Assembly: GCA_964016885.1 (NCBI GenBank)
Contig: OZ024740.1
Coordinates: 281,790,001 to 281,854,000, forward strand
Origin: Eledone cirrhosa
Lineage: Eukaryota
Length of the DNA: 64,000 nucleotides
Direction of reading: 5' to 3'
Made by a program: the position numbers and the translations under genes. The first letter of the stretch is position 1; each line of letters starts with the position of its first letter. Below the pieces are notes generated by a model. That model had not been told where the DNA came from. It searched no databases and saw only the letters and a program-made list of their open reading frames with translations. Positions 13,280 to 26,214 of the stretch are shown here, in pieces.

Positions 13280-14724
13280 CTGCAGCGCCTATATAATGTT
13301 TACAGCATATAGTCACCGAACACATAGTCAAGAAACCAAAACGACGCATAAACACTCCAAGTACCATATTTATCTAAACTGAAGAAATACTGAATTCTAA
13401 TATAAAGACAATTTATTACAGTCTTCGAGGATTAAGCATTGTCCCGCAATATCCCCTAAACAAATAGTGTATTTCACATAATTCCAGAATTTATGTTTAA
13501 ACAAACTCAGTAGAAAAAAAGTACTGAAAAGGAAAGACCACTTGGATGAGCGAAAATAGCAAGCACCAACCGATACAATGTCAGTCTTTGCATGTTGAAT
13601 CACGATTAAATTGTTAGATACATTTACAATGTCCTATAACAGTACATGATAGTATTCTAAAAACAATATCATTTCCATATTACAAGAGTATATTCACCAA
13701 AAAAAAGAAAAGAAAATAGCAGTAGCACACCACGGCAGACATGTGTAGAAGGTCAGCATTTGTCTTGTTTTAGGTTAACCTCAACTCCACATGAAAACCT
13801 GAATAAAATAGATAGCAAAGTAAGTGCAGCATAGCCACCCTGTTACACTTCAAGCCCATAGGATGCCCCATTACATCCATCCAATAAACTACTAAATATT
13901 ATAATACGCAGTATGGTCCTAACTGTGCCAAGGCACGGTGTATATGAATACTGGGTATGTAAATAAGCCCAACCTTTCGAGAGACTACGGGTGCGCCATA
14001 AGTTTCTCAACTAAAACTGGCTGAAGACACATAACTACAATTAATGACTAAAGTAAGTTACTTAGTAGGCGCCGAATTAGTAGAGTCATTAGAACGTCAG
14101 ACAACATGCTTTGCAGTATCCGTTCGGGCTCTCTGAGTTCAAATCCCGCCAAAGTCAACGTTACTTTTCATCCATTCGCGGTCGAATGGCTAAAAGTTCA
14201 TCTGTTTACAGTTTCGAACCTGAAGTGATGTGAAAATCATATAACTTGAAATTGATTACAATTTATGTATTTTTCAGTCATATCAAGAGAACTACATCAG
14301 ATGATTCTCTATTTAATGTATATCCCTACTTCTATTCCATAAACTGACAGAATTCAAAAATGATGTTTTATCTTTTAAAATTACCTTTATCCTTCATTGT
14401 CCTACGTCGCTAAGATGATTCCTTCAATTTCATAGATACGGACATCATTTGTTTTGAGAGCCATTCAGTTATGGAACAATAATATAATAGTCAATTCTAA
14501 GTTTGTCAATCAGAAGTGTCTATACAAAAAAAATCAATAAGTGCCTGTACAAAGAAATCTTTCAAATTGTGTTTCAGTTAAAAACATCTCTATTTTTGCT
14601 TTCCAGAAAACATATTTTTACCTTCCTGACAAAAGATTGTTTTTTGAAATACGATTCAAGTAATTTATCTGTTTCTGCTTTTAATATTGAAGTTTCCCTT
14701 ATGTGATTTCATAGTCTTAAAATA

Positions 14725-14755
<31 letters not shown>

Positions 14756-14782
14756 ATGTATATATGTATATATATATATGTA

Positions 14783-14855
<73 letters not shown>

Positions 14856-14939
14856 GCAAAAGTTTTATTTAAAATTGTTGGGTTACAACAAGTAAATATT
14901 TTATAACTGATATAAAGCACTCGACAAGTTTTTGGAGTA

Positions 14940-15279
14940 GATATACGATATTAAACAAATGGAAACTATATTTATAAAACCATATTTATTTCATTATACA
15001 TATTTCAGGGATACCATATTAAAAATATGGCATGCCTTCGTCAGATAAAGTACAATATATAAACAGTTTTATAAATAATTTTGACGTACCCTATTATAAG
15101 CGACCATTATATTTGGAAGCTGTCTGGATAGTGATTTGTTTATAATTATTTAGTTATAGTGTTAAGCACAGTTAGAAAAAAGACGTTTTTTCTTTCTCTC
15201 CGTCTTTTTTCTAACTGTGCTTAACACTATAATGAAATAAATATGGTTTTATAAATATAGTTTCCATTTGTTTAATATC

Positions 15280-15285
<6 letters not shown>
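14940..15285 (-). mobile_element. Solo Penelope-type terminal repeat with fold-back partial copy
   Basis: Homologous to 5750-5935; inverted segments 14941-14998/15228-15285 and 15155-15185/15201-15231. Confidence 0.7.
14987..15052 (-). ncRNA. Type I hammerhead ribozyme, family C
   Basis: UACUUUAU-CUGACGA-AGG-C-AUGCCAUAUU-UUU-AAUAUGGUAU-C-CCU-GAAA-UAUGUA-UA-AUGAAAUA. Confidence 0.82.
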
Positions 15286-15327
<42 letters not shown>

Positions 15328-15386
15328 ATAATAATAAATTTGAAGACTAAAATCCAGCGATTCTTTGCTTAAACTTTAATCTGTTA

Positions 15387-15427
<41 letters not shown>

Positions 15428-15433
<6 letters not shown>

Positions 15434-18400
15434 GGAAAAAATGAAACGATATTTCATTTCCCACTCTTAGTACGGCTGTTACTTAAATATAAGTATGTAC
15501 ACGTACATACATATATGTATACCGACGTACAGTAGTATGTATATATATATATATACATACATGCACACATATATATATGCACGTATGGATTCACCGAACA
15601 TTTATTATAATGCTCGGTGTGTTTGTAAACAAACATCCCGTATTAAGCCGTAGTGTCTAGCAACCACCGTTGCTCGTTTGTTCAACACTGACAAAGGAAC
15701 GCTGTACTAGTTTCAAGCTTGTTAGCTATCGTCAGCAACGTATACCTTCCTGCCAGATTGTTGAACGTATATACTTACCTTATGCATATTAACGGCTGAG
15801 TAGCCCAATATGCATATCGAGTGGGTTAATCGGCCGGGTGCACCGAAAACGATAAACGGAAAAAATGAAACGATATTTCATTTCCCACTCTTAGTACGGC
15901 TGTTACTTAAATATAAGTATGTACACGTACATACATATATGTATACCGACGTACAGTAGTATGTATATATATATATATACATACATGCACACATATATAT
16001 ATGCACGTATGGATTCACCGAACATTTATTATAATGCTCGGTGTGTTTGTAAACAAACATCCCGTATTAAGCCGTAGTGTCTAGCAACCACCGTTGCTCG
16101 TTTGTTCAACACTGACAAAGGAACGCTGTACTAGTTTCAAGCTTGTTAGCTATCGTCAGCAACGTATACCTTCCTGCCAGATTGTTGAACGTATATACTT
16201 ACCTTATGCATATTAACGGCTGAGTAGCCCAATATGCATATCGAGTGGGTTAATCGGCCGGGTGCACCGAAAACGATAAACGGAAAAAATGAAACGATAT
16301 TTCATTTCCCACTCTTAGTACGGCTGTTACTTAAATATAAGTATGTACACGTACATACATATATGTATACCGACGTACAGTAGTATGTATATATATATAT
16401 ATACATACATGCACACATATATATATGCACGTATGGATTCACCGAACATTTATTATAATGCTCGGTGTGTTTGTAAACAAACATCCCGTATTAAGCCGTA
16501 GTGTCTAGCAACCACCGTTGCTCGTTTGTTCAACACTGACAAAGGAACGCTGTACTAGTTTCAAGCTTGTTAGCTATCGTCAGCAACGTATACCTTCCTG
16601 CCAGATTGTTGAACGTATATACTTACCTTATGCATATTAACGGCTGAGTAGCCCAATATGCATATCGAGTGGGTTAATCGGCCGGGTGCACCGAAAACGA
16701 TAAACGGAAAAAATGAAACGATATTTCATTTCCCACTCTTAGTACGGCTGTTACTTAAATATAAGTATGTACACGTACATACATATATGTATACCGACGT
16801 ACAGTAGTATGTATATATATATATATACATACATGCACACATATATATATGCACGTATGGATTCACCGAACATTTATTATAATGCTCGGTGTGTTTGTAA
16901 ACAAACATCCCGTATTAAGCCGTAGTGTCTAGCAACCACCGTTGCTCGTTTGTTCAACACTGACAAAGGAACGCTGTACTAGTTTCAAGCTTGTTAGCTA
17001 TCGTCAGCAACGTATACCTTCCTGCCAGATTGTTGAACGTATATACTTACCTTATGCATATTAACGGCTGAGTAGCCCAATATGCATATCGAGTGGGTTA
17101 ATCGGCCGGGTGCACCGAAAACGATAAACGGAAAAAATGAAACGATATTTCATTTCCCACTCTTAGTACGGCTGTTACTTAAATATAAGTATGTACACGT
17201 ACATACATATATGTATACCGACGTACAGTAGTATGTATATATATATATATACATACATGCACACATATATATATGCACGTATGGATTCACCGAACATTTA
17301 TTATAATGCTCGGTGTGTTTGTAAACAAACATCCCGTATTAAGCCGTAGTGTCTAGCAACCACCGTTGCTCGTTTGTTCAACACTGACAAAGGAACGCTG
17401 TACTAGTTTCAAGCTTGTTAGCTATCGTCAGCAACGTATACCTTCCTGCCAGATTGTTGAACGTATATACTTACCTTATGCATATTAACGGCTGAGTAGC
17501 CCAATATGCATATCGAGTGGGTTAATCGGCCGGGTGCACCGAAAACGATAAACGGAAAAAATGAAACGATATTTCATTTCCCACTCTTAGTACGGCTGTT
17601 ACTTAAATATAAGTATGTACACGTACATACATATATGTATACCGACGTACAGTAGTATGTATATATATATATATACATACATGCACACATATATATATGC
17701 ACGTATGGATTCACCGAACATTTATTATAATGCTCGGTGTGTTTGTAAACAAACATCCCGTATTAAGCCGTAGTGTCTAGCAACCACCGTTGCTCGTTTG
17801 TTCAACACTGACAAAGGAACGCTGTACTAGTTTCAAGCTTGTTAGCTATCGTCAGCAACGTATACCTTCCTGCCAGATTGTTGAACGTATATACTTACCT
17901 TATGCATATTAACGGCTGAGTAGCCCAATATGCATATCGAGTGGGTTAATCGGCCGGGTGCACCGAAAACGATAAACGGAAAAAATGAAACGATATTTCA
18001 TTTCCCACTCTTAGTACGGCTGTTACTTAAATATAAGTATGTACACGTACATACATATATGTATACCGACGTACAGTAGTATGTATATATATATATATAC
18101 ATACATGCACACATATATATATGCACGTATGGATTCACCGAACATTTATTATAATGCTCGGTGTGTTTGTAAACAAACATCCCGTATTAAGCCGTAGTGT
18201 CTAGCAACCACCGTTGCTCGTTTGTTCAACACTGACAAAGGAACGCTGTACTAGTTTCAAGCTTGTTAGCTATCGTCAGCAACGTATACCTTCCTGCCAG
18301 ATTGTTGAACGTATATACTTACCTTATGCATATTAACGGCTGAGTAGCCCAATATGCATATCGAGTGGGTTAATCGGCCGGGTGCACCGAAAACGATAAA

Positions 18401-19015
18401 CGGAAAAAATGAAACGATATTTCATTTCCCACTCTTAGTACGGCTGTTACTTAAATATAAGTATGTACACGTACATACATATATGTATACCGACGTACAG
18501 TAGTATGTATATATATATATATACATACATGCACACATATATATATGCACGTATGGATTCACCGAACATTTATTATAATGCTCGGTGTGTTTGTAAACAA
18601 ACATCCCGTATTAAGCCGTAGTGTCTAGCAACCACCGTTGCTCGTTTGTTCAACACTGACAAAGGAACGCTGTACTAGTTTCAAGCTTGTTAGCTATCGT
18701 CAGCAACGTATACCTTCCTGCCAGATTGTTGAACGTATATACTTACCTTATGCATATTAACGGCTGAGTAGCCCAATATGCATATCGAGTGGGTTAATCG
18801 GCCGGGTGCACCGAAAACGATAAACGGAAAAAATGAAACGATATTTCATTTCCCACTCTTAGTACGGCTGTTACTTAAATATAAGTATGTACACGTACAT
18901 ACATATATGTATACCGACGTACAGTAGTATGTATATATATATATATACATACATGCACACATATATATATGCACGTATGGATTCACCGAACATTTATTAT
19001 AATGCTCGGTGTGTT
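15428..19015 (-). repeat. Tandem array of ~8.5 apparently identical 424-bp units, each with a hammerhead (non-LTR retrozyme-like)
   Basis: Exact 424-bp period (identical spurious ORFs every 424 bp); HHR cores start at 15699, 16123, 16547, 16971, 17395, 17819, 18243, 18667; TA-rich microsatellite on both sides. Confidence 0.93.
15680..15766 (-). ncRNA. Family A hammerhead with extended stem I (first of 8 copies; core 15699-15741; predicted cleavage between 15705 and 15704)
   Basis: GUUCAACA-AU-CUGGCA-GG-AAGG-UAU-ACGUUG-CUGACGA-UAGCUAACAAGCUU-GAAA-CUAG-UA^CAGCGU-U-CCUU-UGUCAG-UGUUGAAC. Confidence 0.9.
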
Positions 19016-19084
19016 ATATATATGTATATATATATATATAAATATATATGTATATATATATGTATGTATATATATATGTATGTA

Positions 19085-19115
<31 letters not shown>

Positions 19116-19356
19116 ATATATGTATATATTTATATATATGTATATATGTATATATATGTATATATTTATATATATGTATATATATGTATATATTTATATA
19201 TATGTATATATATGTATATATTTATATATATGTATATATATGTATATATTTATATATATGTATATATATGTATATATGTATATATTTATATATATGTATA
19301 TATATGTATATGTATATATGTATATATGTATATATATATATGTATATATGTATATG

Positions 19357-19407
<51 letters not shown>

Positions 19408-19418
19408 ATGTATATATG

Positions 19419-19463
<45 letters not shown>

Positions 19464-19500
19464 GTATATATATGTATATATGTATATGTATATATATATG

Positions 19501-19547
<47 letters not shown>

Positions 19548-19622
19548 GTATATATGTATATATATGTATATATGTATATATATATGTATATATGTATATA
19601 TATATATATGTATATGTATATA
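19016..19622. repeat. (TA)n/(TATG)n microsatellite
   Basis: Direct inspection. Confidence 0.95.
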
Positions 19623-20042
19623 TTGAGATAAGCAGAGCAAGCAAAATTCAAACAATTTTTTTTTTTTAATTTAAAAAATATAATTTAAATATTTACCCAC
19701 TCCAGTGCTTTTACTGATCAGTTTCACTTCACAAAACATTAAAAATCCATGGGATCTCCAATGGAAAAGAGAAGATCTTCGGAAAGCATTTTCCTTTCCT
19801 AGGGCAAAAAGTCCCAGGAACGGCGAAATATATTGCCATCTACTAGCTAGTACAGGATCGAAAGAGGCCGAAATTTGACCTATACATGAACCAGTCCGTA
19901 GCAAAAGCGGAAGTAAACATATACGTGTTGTCTGTCTCACCACTAAAAATAGCAGCTAAATAGAACAACAGATTTGTTCTCTACATGACGGAGAATATTA
20001 AATGAAGTTAATATGCCCACGGGTACTAAAAACCCCTGGAAA

Positions 20043-20324
20043 TATATATGTATATATGTATATGTATATATGTATATATGTATATATATATGTATATATG
20101 TATATATGTATATATATATGTATATATGTATATATATATGTATATATGTATATATATATGTATATGTATATATGTATATATGTATATGTATATATGTATA
20201 TATATATATATATGTATATATGTATATATATATGTATATAGGTATATATGTATATATATATGTATATAGGTATATATGTATATATGTATATATATGTATA
20301 TGTATATATGTATATGAATATATG

Positions 20325-20381
<57 letters not shown>

Positions 20382-20391
20382 GTATATATAA

Positions 20392-20471
<80 letters not shown>

Positions 20472-20472
20472 G

Positions 20473-20550
<78 letters not shown>

Positions 20551-20576
20551 TGTATATGTATATATATGTATATGTT

Positions 20577-20614
<38 letters not shown>

Positions 20615-20641
20615 ATATATATTATATATATATATATATAT

Positions 20642-20693
<52 letters not shown>

Positions 20694-20909
20694 ATATATA
20701 TATATATATATTATATATATATATATATATTATATATATATATATATATTATATATATATATATATATTATATATATATATATATATTATATATATATAT
20801 TATATATATATATATTATATATATTATATATATATATATATATTATATATATATATATATATTATATATATATATATATATTATATATATATATATATAT
20901 TATATATAT

Positions 20910-20940
<31 letters not shown>

Positions 20941-20951
20941 ATATATATATA

Positions 20952-21033
<82 letters not shown>
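20043..21033. repeat. (TATG)n/(TA)n microsatellite
   Basis: Direct inspection. Confidence 0.95.
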
Positions 21034-21039
<6 letters not shown>

Positions 21040-24000
21040 GTATCTTTCGGCTGAAAAAGGGGCCACTTCTTTCGCAGGTGTGGCCCGAAATATAGAGACA
21101 GTGTTAGTTACGGAGGAGGAGATGGCAGTCGCAAGAGCCATGGTGACAAGGAATAAAAATAGAGTTTCCCTGAAACCTCCACGCGATTTCTTCAAAGACC
21201 AGTAGCTGCGCACGGTGACTTACCGCACCGAAAGCAAGATCTCACATCAGGTGGAGAGAGCCACGGAGGCTCAAACCCCACAGGTCTTGGGGTGCGTCTG
21301 GGCGCGCAAAGCTCACATCACCCGAGGCAAAAAGTACGCCACAGTAGACGTACTTTTCGCCACTCCCCAGGAGGCGAAGTCTCACTCTTTGGAAACCCTA
21401 AAGAGCGAGGAGATAGTCTTGGTGCCCTCCTACTGCGGGCAAAAAATTGTGAGGATCAAAGTGACCCAGGCTCCGCCCGACATGCCCATACCTTGGCTGG
21501 CCGTGTCTGTACTGGCTGGAATCGAGGAGAAGACGACCATACTGCAAATACAGAGAATGGGAAGAGAGAACCGGTCAGGAATAGGCATGCAAATGCTAAT
21601 ACAGACTGACCAGGAGTGCATCGACCCCATCGCAGATATCATAGACCTCGAAGAAGGACTACAGCTCCCTATAAGCGTGGAGGGAAAGCGCCCAAAGTGC
21701 TATCTCTGTGGGCAGAAGGGTCACTTTAGAGCCTTCTGCCTGCAGAAGACAGCCAAGAAGAGGTCCACCCTCCTTCCGACGCCGGATCCGCTGCTACCAG
21801 GAGCAGGGCAAGCAACATAGGTAGAAGACCCATCCATGGTGAATAGTAGGGCAACTTCCATGGCACCCATACCAATGCCACGGACAACTAAAACAGCGGC
21901 AGCAGTGGCGGCAACACCAACAGTCGCAGTAGCTACACCGGCGGCAAAATCGCTGGAGCGGGCTCCACTACCACCACCAACAGCAGTAGAGCTCATACCC
22001 CTCCCAGACGCCACGGAATCCGATATGGAGTATGAGGCGGGAGGGAATGACAAACGGTCTGCCACAAAAAAAACAAAAAAGGAAAAACCCCTTAGCTTCA
22101 CCCTACAAGAGCAAAGGCAAACAAAGAGGGGGTGAAGGCTGCAAGGAAACTTGCAGCAACACCACCACCATCAGCATCACCACCACAGGCAACACAACCA
22201 ACAACAACCACACCACCACCAGCATCACCAAAAACACCATCATCGCAAACACAACAAAACACACACACCCAACAGCAACAACAAGAAAACAGCAACAAAA
22301 TCACCCCTCCCCCAAAAAAGTACACAGCCATAAACATGGCAAATAAAGAACTCTTACAACATATAAAGCAACACACAGACATCACAGAAAAAAACTACTA
22401 CACCCCACCAACACCAAGAACTCTCCCAACAAACATAAACATCTTTGAAATCAAAGTAGAACATTACAAACTTAAAACAAAAATTCCTCAACGCAGTTGG
22501 AGACTTCAGAGGGTCGGTTACCAAGAGGATATACACCGACATCCTCTTGGAAACATCCATGACCAGCTAAAGGGACGGTTCTACTGTCCCTTCACCACAC
22601 GATCAAGGTAAGTGATCCTTTCTCACTTACCCCGTTTCTCATCCAACATGGCCGTACTTAGAATAGGCAGTATAAATGTTCGTGGCCTGGGGTCATCTTG
22701 GAAGCAGGGTCACCTGCTCAACGACATCAGGTCACAAAACATAGATGCGGTGGCAAGCTGTGAGATCAGAATCTCCGAAGCACGAGCCTTTGCACCTATC
22801 TTCGGCGGCTACGATGTGTTCGCATCTCCCAGCCGTCCTGAATCCGGGGGGAGGAGTTGCTGTACGTTATCGGAGAGGTTTGGATCTCGCCATACGGGCC
22901 ATCTTCCTAGACCCAGAAGGTAAGTTGGTGGTGCTGGACGTGACCAGCGGAGACGGGCAAGCTTTCAGACTAGTGGCCGTCTATGCCCCTACAGGAGCAG
23001 GGCGGCCTGATTTCTTCCGGCGTCTGGAGACCTTTCTTGGAACGTCCCGCTCTTTAGTGTTAGTGGGCGACTGGAACGGGATCTTAGATGCACGCTGAGA
23101 CTGTGTGGGATTAGCGGATAGGGGAGGAGGGTGCAAGAGGCTCACCAACCTGCTCAGGCGTTTTGAACTGTCTGACAGGTACCGATTGGATTTCCCGAAT
23201 GTGCCAATGTGGACTTGGACAAACCGCATAGGGTCATCCAGATCATATCTAGATAGAGTATTTTGTAAGGAAATAGATAGGTCTAGCATAGGCTGTCCAC
23301 AATTCAAGATAGTCAGCTACACTGACCACAAATTCGTAATCTGTGTGCTTGACTTAGATAGGCTTCATAGACGAGGACCCGGCTACTGGAAGCTAAAAGC
23401 GTCTTTACCAGCGCGCAAGGCCTACAGGGACCGGATTAGCGAATTAGTTAAGCAGGCGTCGACGGGAGCCATCGTCAACAAAAAGTGGTGGTTTGCTCTG
23501 AAAAGAGTGATTAGAATAGAGTCCATTAGGTTTAGTAACGCTTTAGCTATAGAGAAAAATAGAGCAGAGGGAGAACTAGTTAGAAAATTAGACGAGGCGC
23601 TTAGCAAAGGAATCGCGACCGACGTACTTGCGGCGAAATTGGCCCTTGACCAATTCTTCAATGCAAAGCGCGAAGGCTGCGTTGTCAGAGCTAGGGTGCG
23701 TGCTTTCAGACACGAGGGGACGAAAGCCGTTCAATGGGCCCTAGTGGCGGAGGTGCGTCGTGGCAACAAAGCCACGATCCGGTCTTTGGTGGACTACGAC
23801 AGGCGCATGCTACTCGATCCCGGGCAAATGTGTGAAGATTTTCAGCGACACTTCGGTCAGCTGTTCGGGAGCAGCGGCGGGCCGGATCGAGGGATGGATT
23901 TGTTCGGAGGCCTCTTGGCTATTAGCAACAGAACGGGAGAATTCCCAGCTCTGTCAGTCGAGGAGCGGTGGTGCTGCTGAGAAAGGAACCGAACAAGGGG

Positions 24001-26141
24001 GATAACATAGATAATTTCAGGCCCATAACTCTGCTAAACACAGAGTTCAAGATTTTAGCCAAGGTGCTAGCAAAGAGGTTGGCGCTTGTCGTTGGTGGTC
24101 TGGTGGGAGAGGCGCAGACTGCGCCATTCCCGATAGATCCATCCACGACAAACTCCACCTCATGCGAAACATCGTGGAGAGGGTAGCTAGGGAACCTGGC
24201 ACGAGTGGGTCCTTGATCAATTTAGATCAGTCGAAAGCTTTCGATAGGGTCTACCATCGTTACCTAGCGGCAGTCCTGAGGGCGGCTGGCTTTGGGCCCG
24301 TCTTTAGAGGCTGGATCGCTGCCATGCACAGCGATATCTGCTCTGTGGTGAGGGTGAACGGTCACCTTTCGGAACCGTTCAACATCATGCGCTCGGTCCG
24401 CCAAGGATGTCCCCTCTCGCCCCTCTTGTATGTATTGACTCTCGAGCCATTACTGCACAAACTGGAGACGTTGAGGGGGGTCCCGCGCGAACAAGGATGC
24501 GAAGATCCGTGTCAGCATATGCGGACGATGTCGCCGTAGTGGTGTCGAACGCCAAACACATCGAGGCGATCGGCACTAAACTAAGAGAATACGAAGCGGT
24601 GACAGGAGCGATGATCAACCAGGAAAAGTCAGTTGGCCTGCAGCTTGGCACCTGGAGAGGCAGGTCCTTGCCGTCCAACAGCGTCGTCGGGCGCTGGACG
24701 GACGGACCGATTAAATTTCTAGGGGTCTGGTTCGGTCCGGACCTCCAGACGGACAACAACTGGTATGAGGTGACGAGCAGGGTGGCTTCTCTCACCCAGA
24801 AATGGGCGGAGAGGAAGCTATCCCTGAAAGGTCGAGTGGAGGTGGCTAACACGTATATCGCGTCCGTCATCTAATACCGCCTGACCGTCGTACCTTGTCC
24901 TAAGCCTCGCCTGACTGCGCTGGAGCGTTTTCTCTTTCGCTTTTTGTGGAAGGGACGAGCTGCGATGGTGAGGCGGTCCATCTGCTGTCAACACCCGCTA
25001 CGTGGAGGGCTGGGCCTGCCGTGGCTGATGATGCGCAGACACGCGCTCAGGCTACGACATCTCCACCTCTTCCTCGACGGTAATCAGGTGTGGTCGCCGT
25101 TTGCTGAACGCGTCTTTCCCCAGCTCGTCTCCTTGACGGAGCTGCAGTCCTGGGTCAAGCGAAGACCGAGAGGGGGCGCCTGGAGACTGAAATGTCTTCA
25201 GGCGCTCAGAGCCCTCGACCAATCGGGCAATGTGATCGGTGGTAACTTCACCTTGGCGTTCTATAGAGGATTAGTGGAGGGGAAGAGCGACGACGTACTT
25301 GGCGAAACTCTAGGCGTCGACGAAAATCAACTAGCCAATCTCTTTGGAAGAACTTTCGGGTCGGGGCCTATGGACAACTTCCAGAAATCCCTGGCCTGGC
25401 AGTGTTACCGGGGATCTTTGCCAGTTCGGGATAAACTCTACAGGCATGGAGGTGCCGTCAGCCGGGCATGTCCGAGATGCGCGCAGGGCGACGAAACCGT
25501 CCTGCACGCACTCGTCCAGTGTCCAAGCATTGCTGACTTGTGGGTTTATGTCGAACACCTGCTGTTACGTGTAGGACGGATCCAGCTATCAGCTGAGTCC
25601 ATCGGGAGGATTGCCCCGCCCTCTTCCTTTAGCCGGGAAGGGCAGGCAATTTGTATCTGTCTGGTGGCCATGGCAAAAGCGATAGTATGGTGGACACGTT
25701 TGAAAAGGCTGAAGACGAACACTTACCTCTTCGGTGATGCCCTGATTAACTTTTTCAAATTTCATTTGAAAAGGAAAATCAGGGTAGAGAGGGAAGTGCT
25801 CTCTTCCCAGCATTTTGTTGAAAGATGGGTGAGAGAAGCAAGAATAGCCCGAGTGAATGGGCCTACTCTGAGTATATATCTGTAAATTAAAAGTGGAAAA
25901 CTGGGAGAGGGCACTTGCCTTGGTGGTCAGTGTCACTGTGGCTTTTTAATGTGCTTTCTCCACGAATGTCCCTCGGAAGCCCCCCCCCCCCCTCTATTGG
26001 GGAATTTTTCATTGTTATTTTTTTGTTACATCCTCTGTTTTTGTTTTTACACGCAGAAATGCCCATTTGTACCGTCCTGTATTGTCCTGTACTGTCCTTA
26101 ATGTCTTCTTTGTGTAAGCCCTTGTGGTTAATAAAGAAAGC
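21034..26141 (+). mobile_element. Near full-length Tx1/L1-clade LINE, inactivated
   Basis: ORF1 with CCHC knuckle CYLCGQKGHFRAFC; ORF2 from ~22648 with APE (SINVRGL, VYAP, GDWN, YLDR, TDH), RT (LDQSKAFDRV, RQGCPLSP, YADD) and C-terminal CPRC..ETVLHALVQC; several frameshifts/stops and a deletion near 23910; AATAAA at ~26130. Confidence 0.92.
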
Positions 26142-26214
26142 ATTATTATTATTGTGTTGTTGTTATTATTATTGTGTTGTTGTTGTTGTTGTTGTTTTTG
26201 TTGTTGTTGTTGTT

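Noticed and set aside
15454-18604. Eight identical 60-aa ORFs, and similar ORFs at 278-2539
   Set aside because: By-products of the tandem repeat and its TA-rich tract; no protein motif; RNA structure explains the unit better.
15428-19015. CRISPR-like array
   Set aside because: Units are wholly identical with no unique spacers; no cas genes; eukaryotic context.
21836-22611. Pro/Thr/Gln-rich ORFs as a host gene
   Set aside because: Low-complexity C-terminal part of the LINE ORF1, broken by stops and frameshifts.
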